Positions 12,420-22,830 of a stretch of 64,000 nt of DNA are shown here, piece after piece. Every line of letters starts with the position of its first letter. The first letter of the stretch is position 1. The translations under genes were made by a program, and so were the position numbers. The notes below the pieces were generated by a model that saw only the letters and a program-made list of their open reading frames with translations, searched no databases and was not told the origin of the DNA. The stretch comes from Lama glama (taxonomy: Eukaryota): assembly GCA_028534125.1 (NCBI GenBank), contig CM052851.1:38936001-39000000 (forward strand). The letters run 5' to 3'.

Positions 12420-13560
12420 GCTTTTTAAAAACTTCTTAATTTTAAATAATTTTAGACTTGCATAAAAGCTGCAAAGACAGTAGACATTCCCCTAGTCTTA
12501 TGTAACTATGGTACATTTATCAGCTAGGAAATTAACATTGGTATACTGTAAACTAGACTTTGAGTTTCATTAGTCTTTCCTGGTGAGGTCCTTTTCCTAT
12601 TCCAGGATCAAATCCAAGATCCTACATTAAATTTAGGTGTTGTGTCTTAGTCTCCTCCAGTCTATGGCCATTCTTCAGTCTGACTTTGTCTTTTATGACC
12701 TTGAGACTTTTTTTTTTTTTTAGATGGAAGCATCAAATTATATTTGTATATATAAATTGATATATATTTTGTATAAAAAGAAATAAAAACATGAGAGCAA
12801 AAATTTATCAAAAGCCAAGCCAATCTGCAAGAAGAAAAGAATTTTTAGTAGCATATAATAGATGAAATTAAAACTCAACATATGCATCAGAGAACAGATA
12901 AAACCCAGGAAAACACAGAATTAGTGTGGTAGGAAAAAAAAGATCTGAATAAACATCCCAGAATATAGCATAAAAAGACTTGAAGGTGGAAAATAGAAAA
13001 TAAAGGTTGAAATACATGGAGAGCAGAGAGAGAAAGCTGACATACATCTACAGAGTAGGGACAATGGTATGGAAGCAATATTTCAAGAGACAATGCCTGA
13101 AAATTATTCAAAGTTCATGAAAGATACCAAACTAAATTCAGGAAGTCAACCAAATCCCAAATAGTATCAACAAAAAGAAATTCACAACTAGATATATATC
13201 ATGTATGACCTTGAGACTTTTGAGGAGGACTGGGCAGGTATTTTTTGTGTCCCTCAAGTTGGTTGGTTTGATGTTCTCTCATACTTAGATTGAGGTTGTG
13301 GATTTGGGAAAGGACCCTACAGAGGTGAAATGCTCTTCTCAGTGCTTTACGTCAGGGGTACATGACATACGTGTGCTTCGTACGAGGAATGTTAACGTTG
13401 ATCACTTGGTTAAGGTAATGTCTGCTAGGTTTCTTCATTGACAAGTTAACTATTTCTGCCTTTGTAATTAATAAATATTCTGAGAGAGATACTTTGAGGT
13501 TGTACAAGTATCTCATTTTTCTTTAAACTTTTACCCACTAAGTTTAGCAAAACAAAACTA
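12420..13560 (-). mobile_element. L1MB/MC-type 3' end, split by a younger retro-insert at 12712-13203
   Basis: Typical taattttagacttgcataaaagctgcaaag... and ...atgaccttgagacttttgaggaggactgggcaggtattttt... The sequence becomes contiguous once the insert and one TSD copy are removed. Confidence 0.75.
12712..13203 (-). pseudogene. L1-mediated retro-insert (retrocopy or orphan transduction) carrying antisense ancient L1 ORF1 sequence
   Basis: Perfect 18-bp TSD tatgaccttgagactttt (12694-12711 / 13204-13221) and poly-T 12708-12721 (poly-A on minus). The + strand cargo translates to EAIFQETMPENYSKFMKDT and IQEVNQIPNSINKKKFTTRYI, which are L1 ORF1-like. Confidence 0.8.
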
Positions 13561-15439
13561 AAAGCAAACCAAAAAAACATATGTACCTTCTTTAGCATTG
13601 GTCTAATCAATGAGACCAGTGAAAATGGGGTTAATAACTGGTTATCTTTTTTTAAATACACGTTAAGATAAATATGAAAGTATTAAAAATTTGAAAGTGT
13701 TCTGTACCACTTACAATTTTCTTGTGTACGTGCCACACCTTGAATACCCTAGACTGCTCGGAGCTGCTAAGCACCAAATGGTTTAGATTCTGTAGTGATA
13801 TCGTTGATCCCGTATTAGTTAGATTGATTAGTTGGTTGGTTTCTTTAGTTCATATAATAAAAATTTATTAACTGTACTTGGTACAGAGCCCCAGACTAGG
13901 ATTCATAGTTAGGACATAGGCTAGTAGGAGAAATGAGCTGAATAAGCCTTGGTGCACTGAAATACAAGGCACTGGACACGACTGACGCCAGTGGAGTAGA
14001 CTTTTCTAAGGAGCGCAGAAGGTGGAGTAGAGAATCCACTCCAGCCTGGGAAAATCAGGGGAGGTAGCATGGAGGAGGTGACATAGGCTGGGCCCATATT
14101 TTCTGCAGCTTTGCCCAGATCTTATTCTGAGGGATACTGCTTTCCCAGGCTCAAGGTATTTTCCTGGTTATATCATGGAAAAGCCATTTGAGTCTGTATT
14201 CCTCTTATTCCCCCATCTCCTTCCCTGCCACTTTGCACCCTACCTCTCCTATCCTGAAGTTTCAACCATGACAGGTTGAGATCTTGATTGAGGTCAGAGT
14301 TCTAAGCCAAATAAGCATGAGAAGCTCATTCTGGAAGGGTAAATGGTGCTTCTCGAGGGGGTTTGGGATACTGCGTCCTGGGTCCGGTCTTTCCTGGCCC
14401 CAAGACTGTATTTATGTGGCCCAGTGTTAAAACGTGTGGACTTAACAAGGGACATTGTTAAGGAGACTGTGGATTTGAGAGATGCCATAAATTAGTGCAT
14501 AGATGGACTTTGTGACGGATACTCCAAGAGACTGGATCAAGGCATTGGGTACCTTGTGCCCTGGGGATCTAAACTTTGAGCTTCATCCTGAGGGTTATGA
14601 GCTTAGTGGAGGTGAACTAGGGCTGGAAGGCTGGCACATGGAGGGAGAGTGTGCTCACCCCAGCATGAGATGTCCAGGAGCTGCTTCACCACTGGGCAGT
14701 GGGATCCAGGCTAATACAGGCTGAATCCCATACTTTCCTAGTTCAGAGCCTTAGGGTTGGAGGGGAGTGAGTGGAAAATGGGTCAGAGACAGGTGGGTTA
14801 GGGCAGGAATGAGGACCTGGAAGAATTTCCTACCATAAAATGCCAGGACTTGAGCATAGAGTGGGTATTTCTCTGTTTTCCCAGAAAGGCTGTGAAACAA
14901 GGTGTGTATAGCAGTGGTTGACACCCTGGCACTCCTGCAGGCCGAGGAGGGCTGGCACTGCCACCTGGATTCACAGGCCCTGGTAGAGCCCATGAAGAGA
15001 CTGCTTGATTGGCAGTAGGCAGACTGTCTTCCAGGAGAACTTAGATATTGCCAGTCCTTCTGCTTTGTGAAGGCTGCTTTGTCTCAGATGGATGGCAGAG
15101 CTGCAGTCTTCTTCCAGGCACTTCCCAGCCCGTCCTCTAATTTCCCCATCCTGTGTTTGGCGCCTTTCTTCTCTCTCCAGCTGTTCTTAGGCAGGAAGCC
15201 TGACTCTCCCATCTTTTCCTCCAGGAAAGGCTGCCTTTTGTTGGTGATGGTCTTCTATCTGATCCCAGACTCCAGATGACTCCAGAGCCTGTGGAGCTGC
15301 ACTGAGAGGGTTAGATTGGAGGTTGTGTAGCCCCTGAAACAAGAAGCCTTTGTACTGCTTTGGACTCATTCTGAAAGCACAGGGACAAGGTGAGTAGGAC
15401 AGAACAGCAGGACTGGGTGACTGCAAAGGAACAACGCAA

Positions 15440-15610
15440 TAGGACATTGAAGCTAGAAGGGGCCGTTGGAGAACAGCTAGTTCTAACAGCCCAGTAGCCG
15501 TCTCATTGTCTGCAGGAGAAAGCGGAGGCCCTGTGGGGGACAGGACTTGCTCAAGATCTCCCCACTACGTAACTGGGACCTGGGCTCCAGTCTGATGACC
15601 CTTCTCTACT
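15440..15610 (-). repeat. MIR fragment
   Basis: gaagggg...ctagttctaac...ggagaaagcggaggccc...gacttgctcaagatc. Confidence 0.55.
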
Positions 15611-16199
15611 CCTGGATTTTTAACTTTTCCCTGCTTAACCACATTGCCACTTAGAGGTAGAAAAGGAAAAATTGTAAAGTCCTAAAGTGTTCTTGTGTGA
15701 ACCTCCCTGCTCACATGGCAGCCAGAGTGCAATGTTGGAAAATGGGCCGGTCTCATGGGTAGAACTGGATGTCTTCAGTGGACATGTGGCTAGACCGCAA
15801 TCTGGTAGACACTGAGAGCTGGCCCCCCTAGAGACATCTGAAGTTATATGGCATCTCTCAGGCAGTCCAGGATCCAACCAGTAATACTGAGGTAACAGCT
15901 TTCTTTTCTTGAATTCTGTTCCCAAAGTAAGAAGTGACTTTAAAAGATTCATTCTGCTCCCATGTCTTCAGATTTGGAATTTCAGTTTTTAAAGTGACGA
16001 AAAGAAAAAAACCCCACTATAATCTTTTGTAGTAATCAAACCTAGAATCCAGTCATCATATAGATACATATGTATTTTTTTCTTCTCTTGAATTTGAGTG
16101 GACAGACTTAAATAGTAAGTAAGACTATGTAGGTACCTACTCAAATTCCCTCATCTTAAAGAGGGGACAGCTGTTTATGTTTTTCTTTTTTAAAGACTC

Positions 16200-16640
16200 T
16201 TTTTAAATGATTCACTTATCCAACACATTAATTAGTTGCCCACTCTGAATGAAATACGGAAGTGGATAGATTTCAAGGGGCTCATGACTGTGGGGGCAAT
16301 GGGAGCGCAGATGGTGACAAATGATATAAACACTGTAATTAAGGCATCTTCAGACTGCTATGGGCTTGCATAGTCGACAACCAGATTCTGCCAGGAGATC
16401 AAGAAATACTTCACAGAGGAGGTGATAACTGAATTGGGCCTTGAAGGCAATATGATTTTGCTAGTTGGGAAGGTAACGGTATGAGCCATTTGGGGAGGAA
16501 GAAGGAAAAGGCAGTTTTCAGAGCAACAGTGGTGTGCTGCGGTTGTGCCTGTAATGGGGTAGTGATGGAGGAGATGAGGCCAGAAGGGATTTCAAGTGGT
16601 GGTGGTGATGTATATCACGAGAAGGGGTTGGACTTAGTCA
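16200..16640 (-). mobile_element. L2 fragment
   Basis: attcacttatccaacacattaattaagttgcccactct...ttcacagaggaggtgataactgaattgggccttgaagg. Confidence 0.6.
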
Positions 16641-17194
16641 CACTCCCTGTTACTTAGTCCATTATTTTTTTCCCCAGACACTAGTATTCAGTTTTTGTTT
16701 TTTTTAGTAATGGAAAAACAATTTTTGTCAAACAACATTTACAACCCAACTCCAAATTATAAAACCTAAGATGACTTTTTAAAGCAAAAGTGTATTTTCT
16801 GTAAGCGCAGTGACTTGCGCAGTGGAGGTGAGAGAGCATTTTTGTCCTTGAATGGAGCTGACTCGAGAATCTTCGCATTGTGGGCGTTGGGCCATTCCTG
16901 CATCCCGCTTGGTTTGGCAGGACACTGGTGGTGGAGTGCCTGTGAGTGGGCACTCTGGGATTGGGAGAGGCTGTAAAACTCTGAAGCACATCCCCAGAAG
17001 AGTGACCTTAAGAGGAAAGTTCTGGGAAACAAACCACAGGGAGACTTTACAGGAATTTTTGGCTGTGCCCACAGGCAAGGCACATGAGGAAAGGAGATGT
17101 AATTATAGTTTGTAAGTCTATGAAAAGATACAATGAGTGACATGAAATAGCTGTTCTAAGTTTCTTCTTCCTGTTGGGCAGGAAGAAACGGGTT

Positions 17195-17970
17195 TTAATG
17201 CATTCATTCAGCAGATTTTCACTAAGCACCGGCAGTGAGCTGGGCCGTATACTAAATGCAGAGAATATGTTGGTTAGCAGAACAGTCAAGGTTCCTGCTC
17301 CTCAGGCGCTCACGGGAGAAGACTGACCTTAAGCAAATAATTGGACAAATGCACAATTAAAGGTTAAGGTGAGTGCCAGGGAGGATAAGTCCTCACTTAG
17401 AGTGGAGAACCATGGAAGACTTCTCTGAGGAGGTGAGAGGCAGGTTGAGGCGAGGCAAGTAAGATTCAGCCAGGCGAAGACGAGGGTGTGGGGGAGTGTC
17501 CCAGGCAAAGGGGAACAGCCTGGAGAAAATCTGACATTTTGAGGAACTAAAAGTAGCCCTGGGTAGCCAGCACCCAGAGGGGAGGGCAGGGGACGTGCGG
17601 AAAGGAGGCTGGGGAAGGATCATGCTGGGCCTTACAGGTCCTGGTGAGAATTTGATTTCATCCTAAATGCAGTGGGAAGCCATTGAAGTGTGTTAAGCAG
17701 GAAATGACGTGATCTTCTATGGAAGGGTGATTCAGACAGCCCTGGGAGAGTGGCGTTGTGAGGGCAAGAGTGAAAGCTGGGCAATTAGGAGGATTTTGTT
17801 AAGGGGAGAGACTAGGGTAGCAATGGAAGTGCAGAAAAATGGGCAGGTAAAAGATACATCTTGGAAGTAGAATTATTTGGAATTTGTAAGTGAATTGGCC
17901 GTGGGGAGAGAGAGGTAGGGATATGCAAGGTTGCAAGGACATCTCCCAGGTTTCTGGCACAAGCCTGCAC
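17195..17970 (-). mobile_element. L2 LINE 3' portion
   Basis: Begins with the reverse of the L2 tail (cattcattcagcagatttt...aagcacc) and continues with canonical L2 motifs (ggaagacttctctgaggaggtg, gtgggaagccattgaag, ctcccaggtttctggc). Confidence 0.85.
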
Positions 17971-19669
17971 GTGGGCCTCTCAGCAGATGCTGGACCACAT
18001 AAGGCAGTAAAAGCCCTATCCTTCGGGAAAGGTCCAGTAGGATTGATCTGGACCCAGCCTTGCAGAGGCAGCAGAAGGATTCAGCTGACCTCTTGCTCTG
18101 CCCAGTTCGCACAGCTTATACACAACCTCAGCACTCAAGCGAGGATTCCAGTTCTCCCATGAAGGGGGCTCTTAACTGCATCCTTACCTGGTCCCGCCCA
18201 GAGCAAGGCCCCAAGGAGTCTCTATCCGCAGTGTGCCGCTAGGGGGAGCATGGCCTGCATTCTGTGTCTGGTCTGGAGGGCTTTTTGAAGTTTATCTTAC
18301 TTTAGAGACTGACTTAGTACTCAGCCCTGGCCCCTGGCCCCTCTTACGGCTTAGAAGAATGCCTGACATATGGTAAGTGCTCAGTAAACATTAGTTGGTG
18401 TTAATGTTATAACTGTGAATGTTGTCTTATTGTAGAAATGAATGGGCGCCACCTCTTCTTTCTCAGTGGAGAAAGAGACTGGGCAGGTGGAATGTGCATT
18501 TTGGGGATCAGGAGAAGAGCTGGGGGTTGCCTGCTGGGAAGAGGAGTGGGGAGATGGGAGACATTCAGTGATTTGATGGTGTTGCCGTTGCCAGTTCACC
18601 CTGTCTTCCTCTGCAGACAGGATGGGGCACTAGGGCCTGCGAGGATTCCTGGGCTGGTACTCAGGTCAGATTGCGTATTTCTAGTGGGTGATTGATACGC
18701 CCTCTGAAGCTCTGAGTGCTTCACTCAAGCAGCAGTGCCCTCACTTAGGATTCGTGTCATCCTGTTATTTTCTGTTGGATTTGGTGACGTTCCTCCTACC
18801 TTTGCTCCTGACATACATCTACCTTTTAAACTCAAGTCAGTTAAAATCTTGTTTTAAGAAATTTGTGGTATGTTGGAGATGTCAGAAACACAAAGATTGT
18901 GCAGGGGATCGCTGCATTAAAGACTCTGTCAGGATCTCTCTAGCACTATTTTAGGAAGCAGCATTGAAAAATGTCTTGCTTGAGCCTCAGTGTCCTCTTC
19001 TTGGGGGCATTCCAGCTGTCCCAGGTTGTTTGTTTGTGGCGAGAAGCAGCTGAGATGAAGTTCTTAGCTCAGTGCCTGGTTTAGTGACAGAGCTTGCACA
19101 CACATCATCTCTTTTCATGCTCATCCCGGCCCCATTGCTTGCCCAGGGGGTGGGTTTTATAGGTGGAAACTGGGAGGCGAGGTGACTTGCCCAAGGGCAC
19201 ATGGCTGTTACGGATCCAGGCACTGCCACAGTCTTCTGACCCCTGCTCTGCCTGGTGCTCTCATAACTATTCTGCTTAATACACAGAAGAGAGTTGAAAG
19301 GCTTGGGTACATTTCTAGATTTGTTATTTTCTGTGACCTGGGGCTAGTTATTTGATCTCTTTTAGACTTTTTAACAAATCTATTTATAATAACACCAATT
19401 CTAACTTTCAGGTCTGTTGGGTTGAATAGATGAGCCAAGATTTGTGAGAGTATTTTGGGAAAGTGTAAGGTAATTTACAGCTATAGGACAGGTCTTTTTT
19501 CTTTTACCTGTGTACCACATTGCATAGATGCTATTGTGGAGTCTTCAGGCTAAAAGAATGGTAGGCCTACATCATCATGACTCGGAAAGAGTCTGTCTTC
19601 CCCTGGGAACCCAGCCTTGTATCTCATAACTGGCTGTCAAAAAAGTTGTTAGTTTTTAAGATCAGATGG

Positions 19670-19950
19670 CAGTGTACTTTAGTGGAAAGTACCAGACTAA
19701 GGAGTAGTGAACTGGTGTCTATTGTTCGTTCTTCGACTGCCTAACTAGCTTTATAACTGTGGACTAAACATTTGATCCCCCCGAACCTCAGTTTTCCCAT
19801 CTATAAAATGGTGATAATAATAGCTATCCAGTATACTTCAAAGGATTTTGAGGATCAGAGAAAATAGTGCATGTAAAAGAATATTACAAAGCAGAAATGT
19901 GCATGGGGGGATTAAACTTAGAGGGCCTACTGTGTCCTGGGCACTATGCT
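19670..19950 (+). repeat. MIR SINE
   Basis: Core gaacctcagttttcccatctataaaatggtgataataatagctatc. Confidence 0.8.
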
Positions 19951-20111
19951 AACTCTTGAACAGGACTGATATTATTTCTGGCTGTGACAGCAGCTTAAAA
20001 AAGCCTGGGCTCTAGGCTGTATTTGGGTCATGTTTGTTGCTTGGGTTGTGACTCTGGACTTTCCCAGGACTCTTACTGGTCCTGACCTAGTGTCTTCCCT
20101 CTCCGTTGCAG

Positions 20112-20200
20112 GAACATGAGAGACTGCTTTGGCACCAGCACTAGTACCATGAGTCCCTGCACTGGTTAAGGCCATCCCCACAACCTGGGCAGGCAGCAAG
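20112..20200 (+). other. DENND2B: Internal non-coding (5'UTR) exon, 89 nt, of the host gene (probably ST5/DENND2B long-5'UTR isoform)
   Basis: Branch-like CTGAC at 20082-20086, pyrimidine tract tgtcttccctctccgttgcag| acceptor ending at 20111, and donor AAG|GTAAGC at 20200/20201. The sequence resembles my recollection of the human ST5 5'UTR; the gene assignment is unverified. Confidence 0.65.
20116..20169 (+). CDS. Candidate 17-aa uORF MRDCFGTSTSTMSPCTG* wholly inside the 89-nt exon
   Basis: ATG at 20116 (aacATGA, -3 A), in-frame second ATG at 20149 (accATG), TAA at 20167-20169. Confidence 0.3.
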   Translation: MRDCFGTSTSTMSPCTG

Positions 20201-20379
20201 GTAAGCAGAGAGGCCAGTCTGGGCGAGCTCCTGGGATGTGAATGCGTTTCCGCCTCAACTGCTGCCCGGAAAATCCCAAGTGCACAAACAAGTCAAGGCA
20301 GTGCATCTGGGTCCTCCTCCCCGCACTCCAGGACCCAGAGGAAGGGCTTGCTTCCCCTCGAAGTGTTCCAGCAAGCTCC

Positions 20380-20760
20380 CTCCCCCCGGGCCGGGATTCT
20401 TCCGAGTTATAAAAAATGAGACACTGGAGGGGAGCAAAACAAGTCCACTCACTGTCTTCTCCCTTCTCCCCTCTGAGCTGTTGAAGCAAGTTCCCAGGAG
20501 CAGCCCAGATCCCTTGTTTGCCTGGAAGGGAGGTAGGAGGAGTGGAATGCGTGCAGAGACCCAGCCGATCAAAAGACAGTGCTGTTTCCTGAAAGCCTCC
20601 CAGAACTGAGGGAGCAGGGAGACAGAGAGGGAGGGGTTAGGGGAGAGAGAAAGGGAGGGAGGGAGAGCAGGGGAGGGAGGGAGAGATCGGGAGTGAGCGC
20701 GCTGGCGAGAGCAGGGTCTCCATGACGACTGGCCAGGCCGGCCAGCCGTGCTCTGCTCAT
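20380..20760 (+). promoter_or_regulatory. Alternative promoter: GA/GGGA-rich tract with locally raised CpG, plus an upstream TATAAAAA
   Basis: Purine tract gggagcagggagacagagagggaggggttagggg...gggagggagggagagatcggg at about 20609-20695, clustered CpGs 20685-20900 and TATAAAAA at 20408-20415. It lies directly upstream of a donor with no matching acceptor. Confidence 0.65.
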
Positions 20761-20930
20761 TTGGCTGGAGGGAGCGCCACGAAAGGTCAGAGGAAGGAGC
20801 TGTGGGAAGCTCGCAGCAGGTATCCGAGCCGAAGCGAGTGGATTTTGGGGCCCTGGGCTCCCTAACAGACTGTAGTGTGAGCCAGACTCTGCCGAGAATG
20901 GAGTGGGCAGGAAAGCACCGGGACTTTCAG
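20690..20930 (+). other. DENND2B: Alternative first exon of the host gene (probably ST5/DENND2B); TSS approximate
   Basis: Strong donor CAG|GTAAGG at 20930/20931, a CpG-containing exon body and a promoter-like upstream region. No further coding exon in the next 43 kb, consistent with a long first intron. Gene name from recall. Confidence 0.6.
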
Positions 20931-21050
20931 GTAAGGTCAGCTCCGGGCTTGGATTGTTTTTCCTCCTTTCCTGGCCACAGTCTTGGGCTGTTTTCTGGGA
21001 GGCAGGCGAGTGTCTGTACTCTCTGCGCTGGGTTTGGGGCTCAGCAATGA
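20898..21050 (+). CDS. Candidate uORF/microprotein MEWAGKHRDFQ (11 codons exonic); 50 aa if the intron is retained
   Basis: ATG at 20898 in strong Kozak context (AGAATGG: -3 A, +4 G). Exactly 33 nt to the donor. The frame stays open through the donor to TGA at 21048-21050. Confidence 0.35.
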   Translation: MEWAGKHRDFQVRSAPGLDCFSSFPGHSLGLFSGRQASVCTLCAGFGAQQ

Positions 21051-22649
21051 TGTCATGCTCCAACAGTTGGATTCTATTAGCTTAAGGAGGAGGGAAACAG
21101 CCAATTTTCTTGACTTTGCAAATCTAGCTGATCGCACTCTTGCTGAACCTAAGGTGTTTAGACTTCACTATAGGAATCACCTACTTTCATTTAGCACAAA
21201 GTCTCGAGATGTTTTACAGGGAGAGTCTTTTATGTAGGAAAAATGAGTTATCATCACTCCAGCATTATGTTTGTCGTTCTTACATGAAAACCCTGGTGTC
21301 TTTTGAGTGGCTTGGTTTGTTCTAGTGAACACTGTCTGTTTTGTCTCTTGGTGCTGCTGTGTCTGACCTAATGAAAAAAAAAAAGCTAATTAACTCAGCT
21401 GGGAGCCTGTGGCGAGTTCCAGGTCACTCTGGAGTAGTTATTAGGACAGAGGGACTGTCCCTAGAGGTATCTGAACCGAGCTCAGTCTCTCTCTCTTTCT
21501 CTGCTCCAGGTAACTTGGTAAGAAGCAAGCTTTCCTCCTTCATTAATAATAAAGTCCATCCTAAAAATATATATGGGATGACTTTCCTAAAAAAATACCT
21601 GGGGTGGCTTCCTAAGAATTATATGGGGTAGAGGCAGGGAGTATCTGGGGACTGAGGGGCCTGCAAAGAGGTTTCTTACCGAGATGCCTCAGAGTGAGCT
21701 GCTGCTAAGAGCCAGGTTGCCTGAAGAGACGTGAGGTACTGTGGTTCTGCCGAATGGATTCCTTAGTTAATATTTTAACCAAATCTTAGGGCACGCAGTG
21801 TCCATGCCATGTGCCCCTTCTGCTCTGTGTCCTATGTTTTGGTAAAACTTGTTCTGACCTGGAGGACTGCTGTGTGGTGAACTCCGGCCTAGGAGAGGAG
21901 ACCTTTCCAGAAAGGCACTTTTGTAGGTAACAGGGTCGCTAGGTTGTCAGTGATCTTATCAGGAGGATTGAAAGCCGAGGGCATTCCCTACGGTGGAGAC
22001 CCAACAGGGGATGTGCTTCCGCTTCAGCCATGTTGTATCTTAAACTTTCTCCCGGGCCTCAGGCAACTTGGTGGATGCCTTTGGTTTCTCTGTGGGATGA
22101 GGGAACAGCTGCCGTCCTGGCTCTTTGGTTTTTCTTCTTGAACTTTCTGAACAGAATGTCTTTTGTACTCTGGCAAACAATGAGGGGGCCTTCTGATTAA
22201 CTTCGGGTCAGCTTGCCAATGAAAGCACTGGCCGTGTCCCCAGTCGGGCTCCCTGAATGTGGACATGTGTGCATCACTGCTGTGGCCTGAGGCTCCACAA
22301 GGGTGAACTCAGTGGCCCTGGACCTCAGACGGGCCACTTCTAAAGTGATGCCTCCTTTCACTCCACTCCAGGGCTCCTCTGCTTGGTTGAAACCTCTGTT
22401 TCACTGGGGAGATGTGGTGTGGCACTGTTGGTTGGGACTCAAGTTGGGGGATGTGAGGAGGAGGCCTCTCTGAGTCTGCGGGTCCTTGGGTGGGCATCGC
22501 AAATCCAGGATCCCAGGATGGCCCCAGTTCCCTGCTTGTGTGGATGTGGTTGAGCAGCTCCTCTAATTGTATTGCCCCCACCTGTGTGAAGAGGGCGAGC
22601 AGGTGATCTTTCTTTTGGTGTAGCAGCATGCATAATGGGTGTGGGGTTT

Positions 22650-22830
22650 GGAGACTTAAACTGTGGCCAGGTTCTGCTATTTGCCATAAACGTGGCCCCG
22701 GGCAAGACCCTTAACTTCTACGACCTTCAGATTTATTAGCTGTGAACTGGAGATGATAGTAACTACTTTACGGGACTTTTGGGAGGAGCAAATGAAGTAA
22801 TTTCCATGAAAGTGGTTTTGAACAAGTCAA
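22650..22830 (+). repeat. MIR SINE
   Basis: gggcaagacccttaacttct...ttcagatttattagctgtgaactggagatgatagtaac. Confidence 0.7.

Noticed and set aside
14230-14560. Possible LTR fragment
   Set aside because: No clear termini or TSD; could not be supported.
20569-21063. 164-aa minus-strand ORF over the promoter
   Set aside because: Pro/Leu/Ser-rich antisense read of the GA-rich promoter; a composition artefact.
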